Part shown: piece after piece, positions 61,526 through 64,000 of the stretch
Layout: each line of letters begins with the position of its first letter
How positions within the stretch are numbered: the first letter of the stretch is position 1
Origin: Azolla caroliniana
Lineage: Eukaryota > Plantae > Polypodiophyta
Reading direction: 5' to 3'
Length of the DNA: 64,000 bases
Assembly (NCBI GenBank): GCA_043228905.1
Contig: JBHGNT010000010.1
Span: 7,874,001-7,938,000, forward strand
Program-made: the position numbers and the translations under genes
Notes under the pieces: model-generated
Database searches by the model: none
Told to the model about the DNA's origin: nothing
Seen by the model: the letters and a program-made list of their open reading frames with translations, nothing else

Positions 61526-63360
61526 GTTTGTATTTTGAAACTACCACTTTCTGTCCGTTCTTATTTGATAAAGAGACAGGCTTTGTTATCACCCTCCATG
61601 GTCCTGTTTGATCCGTTAGAACAAAAAGAGCATACAAAAGTTGCATCAATTGGCATACAAGAGGGTTTCAGTAAAATAAAATAAACGTAATAGTAAAGGG
61701 GTAACCTATGAGGGGTGGTGGAGGTGCTTGTTGAGATAGCCGACTTAGAAGACTGAAATTATTGGATGATGGCTCAATCACCTTGGTATGCTCTTATCAT
61801 CTTGAGCTTTGCTACATTATGTTGAGTTGTTATTTGTGTGAGCTCGTTCACAATCCAAAACTTGATGCCCTTGAAATGTCTTGTTTGTCAAAGAAACCAG
61901 TTATGAATTTCGTTGTTGTGAAGCTCAGGAATTATGTGGTTACCAGGAAGAATTTTTTCTTACTCTAAGAATGTTATATCTACATATTCAAAAAGCCTAA
62001 GTGATCCATGAGACTAAAAGCTACATCTATGTGAATATTATAGGACGTCTTCTTAAATGAAGCAAATGAAACTGCATGTAAACTAGATTGGTCGCTGTAT
62101 GTAACAGTAAGGTGTCTATGATTGAAGTACAAGTTGTGATGTAATATACAGGATACACAATATACAAAATAAATAAATTTGAGAGAGACAGGCCCTGAGC
62201 AGATCAATCATTAACACTCAGTGGATGATGTTGTATGGTATCAATTTCATCCAGAGTCTGAACTGCAGGGGATTCTGTTTGGTCTCACGCATTGATACTC
62301 TGAATTCTACAATGCAGGCAGCATCTTCAATGTGATGAACCATGTATACTGGGGTGCCTGGGTGGGCCAACTGAGTTGTATTTCCAAATTCGTTCCTAAA
62401 TGGAAACATCAATGCACTGTGCAACAGAATTTTCTATGCTCAGTTTCAATCTGTATTTCTATATGAGATATTTGACATAATATCTCTATCCCCAGGTCAT
62501 ATGATGAAATGAGATCTGTCAATGGTGCATCTAAATCTAATCTATGAGACAGGTGGATATCCATACATCAATGTATTTAGTTTAGGTAGACTTGTGGTGC
62601 TAATCTAAGTCTCAAGAAATCCATCATACATAGATCTTTTGAATGTAACAGCTAATAGCTCTGTGATCTTACGCTGGGCATGTTTTTGTGGTGAAACTAT
62701 ACAAAATGGGCCTGCATCTTTTCAAATTGTAATGTCCTGCCAAAGCTACACAGCTGGGGTGGATTAATGACTGTCGACCTTTCCCATGAGAGGCCCTATT
62801 CTTTGTCTCCTTATTTCTAGAAGGAAAAGAGCCTAATTATTTTATTCCAGCACTCTAAGGAGGGTTCCAAATCCTTCTCTCGAGAGAATGGCATCTTCTT
62901 TGATCTCATAATAGATTGGGCAATGATTTATACATAATGTCTGTCTGATTCAATTTCTTTGCTGGCAAAGCTGGCAGATGCAGTTTTATAAAGCTATATG
63001 TTTTTATCATTCATTCTCTATCCTGAGTTCATGAGGTGACGCCCAGACCTGTTGCATACCCTATCACTGTGCTAAGGACATGTGACACTTGCCTCCATAT
63101 ACTTTGCTTGAATAATGGAACCACGTGGGAACATATGTATGAAGAGGAATTATAGTTGACCATCTCTGTGTTTATTTGCACTTTCAGATTGATCCATGTT
63201 GGTTATGTATCAGCTCAGTGATACCTTTCCTGCCGATTCTATTTTTCTCTAATTTATGTCATATCCAAATATGCATAGTCAGCATTATACTCAAATGGTG
63301 GGAATGCATCCATTTATGTGCCATGTACTTGGAACCAATATTTTATTTATAAAGGTCAAC

Positions 63361-63855
63361 TATCGATTTCATCTTCCTATGGCATTTGTATATCTGATAA
63401 AGAGTCCACTGTGGATAGTGATGCCTAGGCAGTTCTAGATTCAATGTACACAAGGCACGACTTGAACAGTTGACACTATAACTATTGGAACTCAGTTCCA
63501 ACTATCTCATGTGATACTTAATATTTTCCTGCTGATCTTGCGAGACAACTTTCACAACTAATGACCTTTTGATGTTTCTCTTATCGATTTCATCTTCCTA
63601 TGGTAGTTGTTTATCTACGCAAGAGTCCACCATGGATAATGATGTGTAGGAAGTTCTAGATTCAAAGTATACAGGCACGATTTGAAAAGGTGCCACCATA
63701 ACTATTGGAACTCAGCTCTAACTATCTCATATGATGGCAAACTGTGGATAGTGAGGCCAGGTAGTTCCCAGATTCAATATATACAAGTCATTGCTTGAAA
63801 AAGTGCCTCTTTGACTATTGGGGCTGCTCCCAAATCATCTCAACTATCTCATGGG
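63361..63855. repeat. Three-copy degenerate tandem repeat in the ZFWD intron
   Basis: GGATA.TGA...AGTTC.AGATTCAA...ACTATTGG...AACTATCTCAT occurs three times; the first two units also share ATCGATTTCATCTTCCTATGG. Confidence 0.75.
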
Positions 63856-64000
63856 GTACTGATGTTTTGCTCCTTATGATGCAGGCAATAATTATAACCA
63901 GTGGCCTTTCTAGATTTCTTCAGTCTTTTGCATTGTCGAGACTTCGTTCCCATATCGCTGCTCCATATAGGAGCGTTGGTATGGCCAATGTTTTTAATTA

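Overview
Plant nuclear DNA, probably a fern or another non-seed plant; this is inferred from the PPR type and the retroelement families, not proven. Two host genes flank a ~55 kb island of nested, mostly decayed LTR retrotransposons. At 1581-3810 (+) is a two-exon PLS-class PPR gene with E/E+ domains, a KP-like box and no intact DYW domain. From 60797 (+) are the first two exons of a CCCH-zinc-finger/WD40 (ZFWD) gene. The island holds a Ty3/gypsy family (full element 7178-20670, solo LTR 29673-30861, 3' half 50132-54180), Tork/Tnt1-like Ty1/copia elements (best copy 11563-17122) and a second copia family with short LTRs (24298-30915 nested in 22641-34677, plus many fragments). Main signals: (1) the gypsy family puts gag+protease in ORF1 and reaches RT through a G_GAU_UUU -1 frameshift site, is primed by tRNA-Trp, and carries a tRNA-like A/B-box cassette in its LTR; (2) the short-LTR copia family has a duplicated PPT, a frame-conserved ~180-190 aa acidic/Arg-rich extension after RNase H, and a 10-bp stem enclosing the PPT/U3 junction; (3) the PPR resembles the KP (U-to-C-associated) type; (4) a (TTAGGG)n tract lies just upstream of the ZFWD start. 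All calls are by eye, with no database searches.
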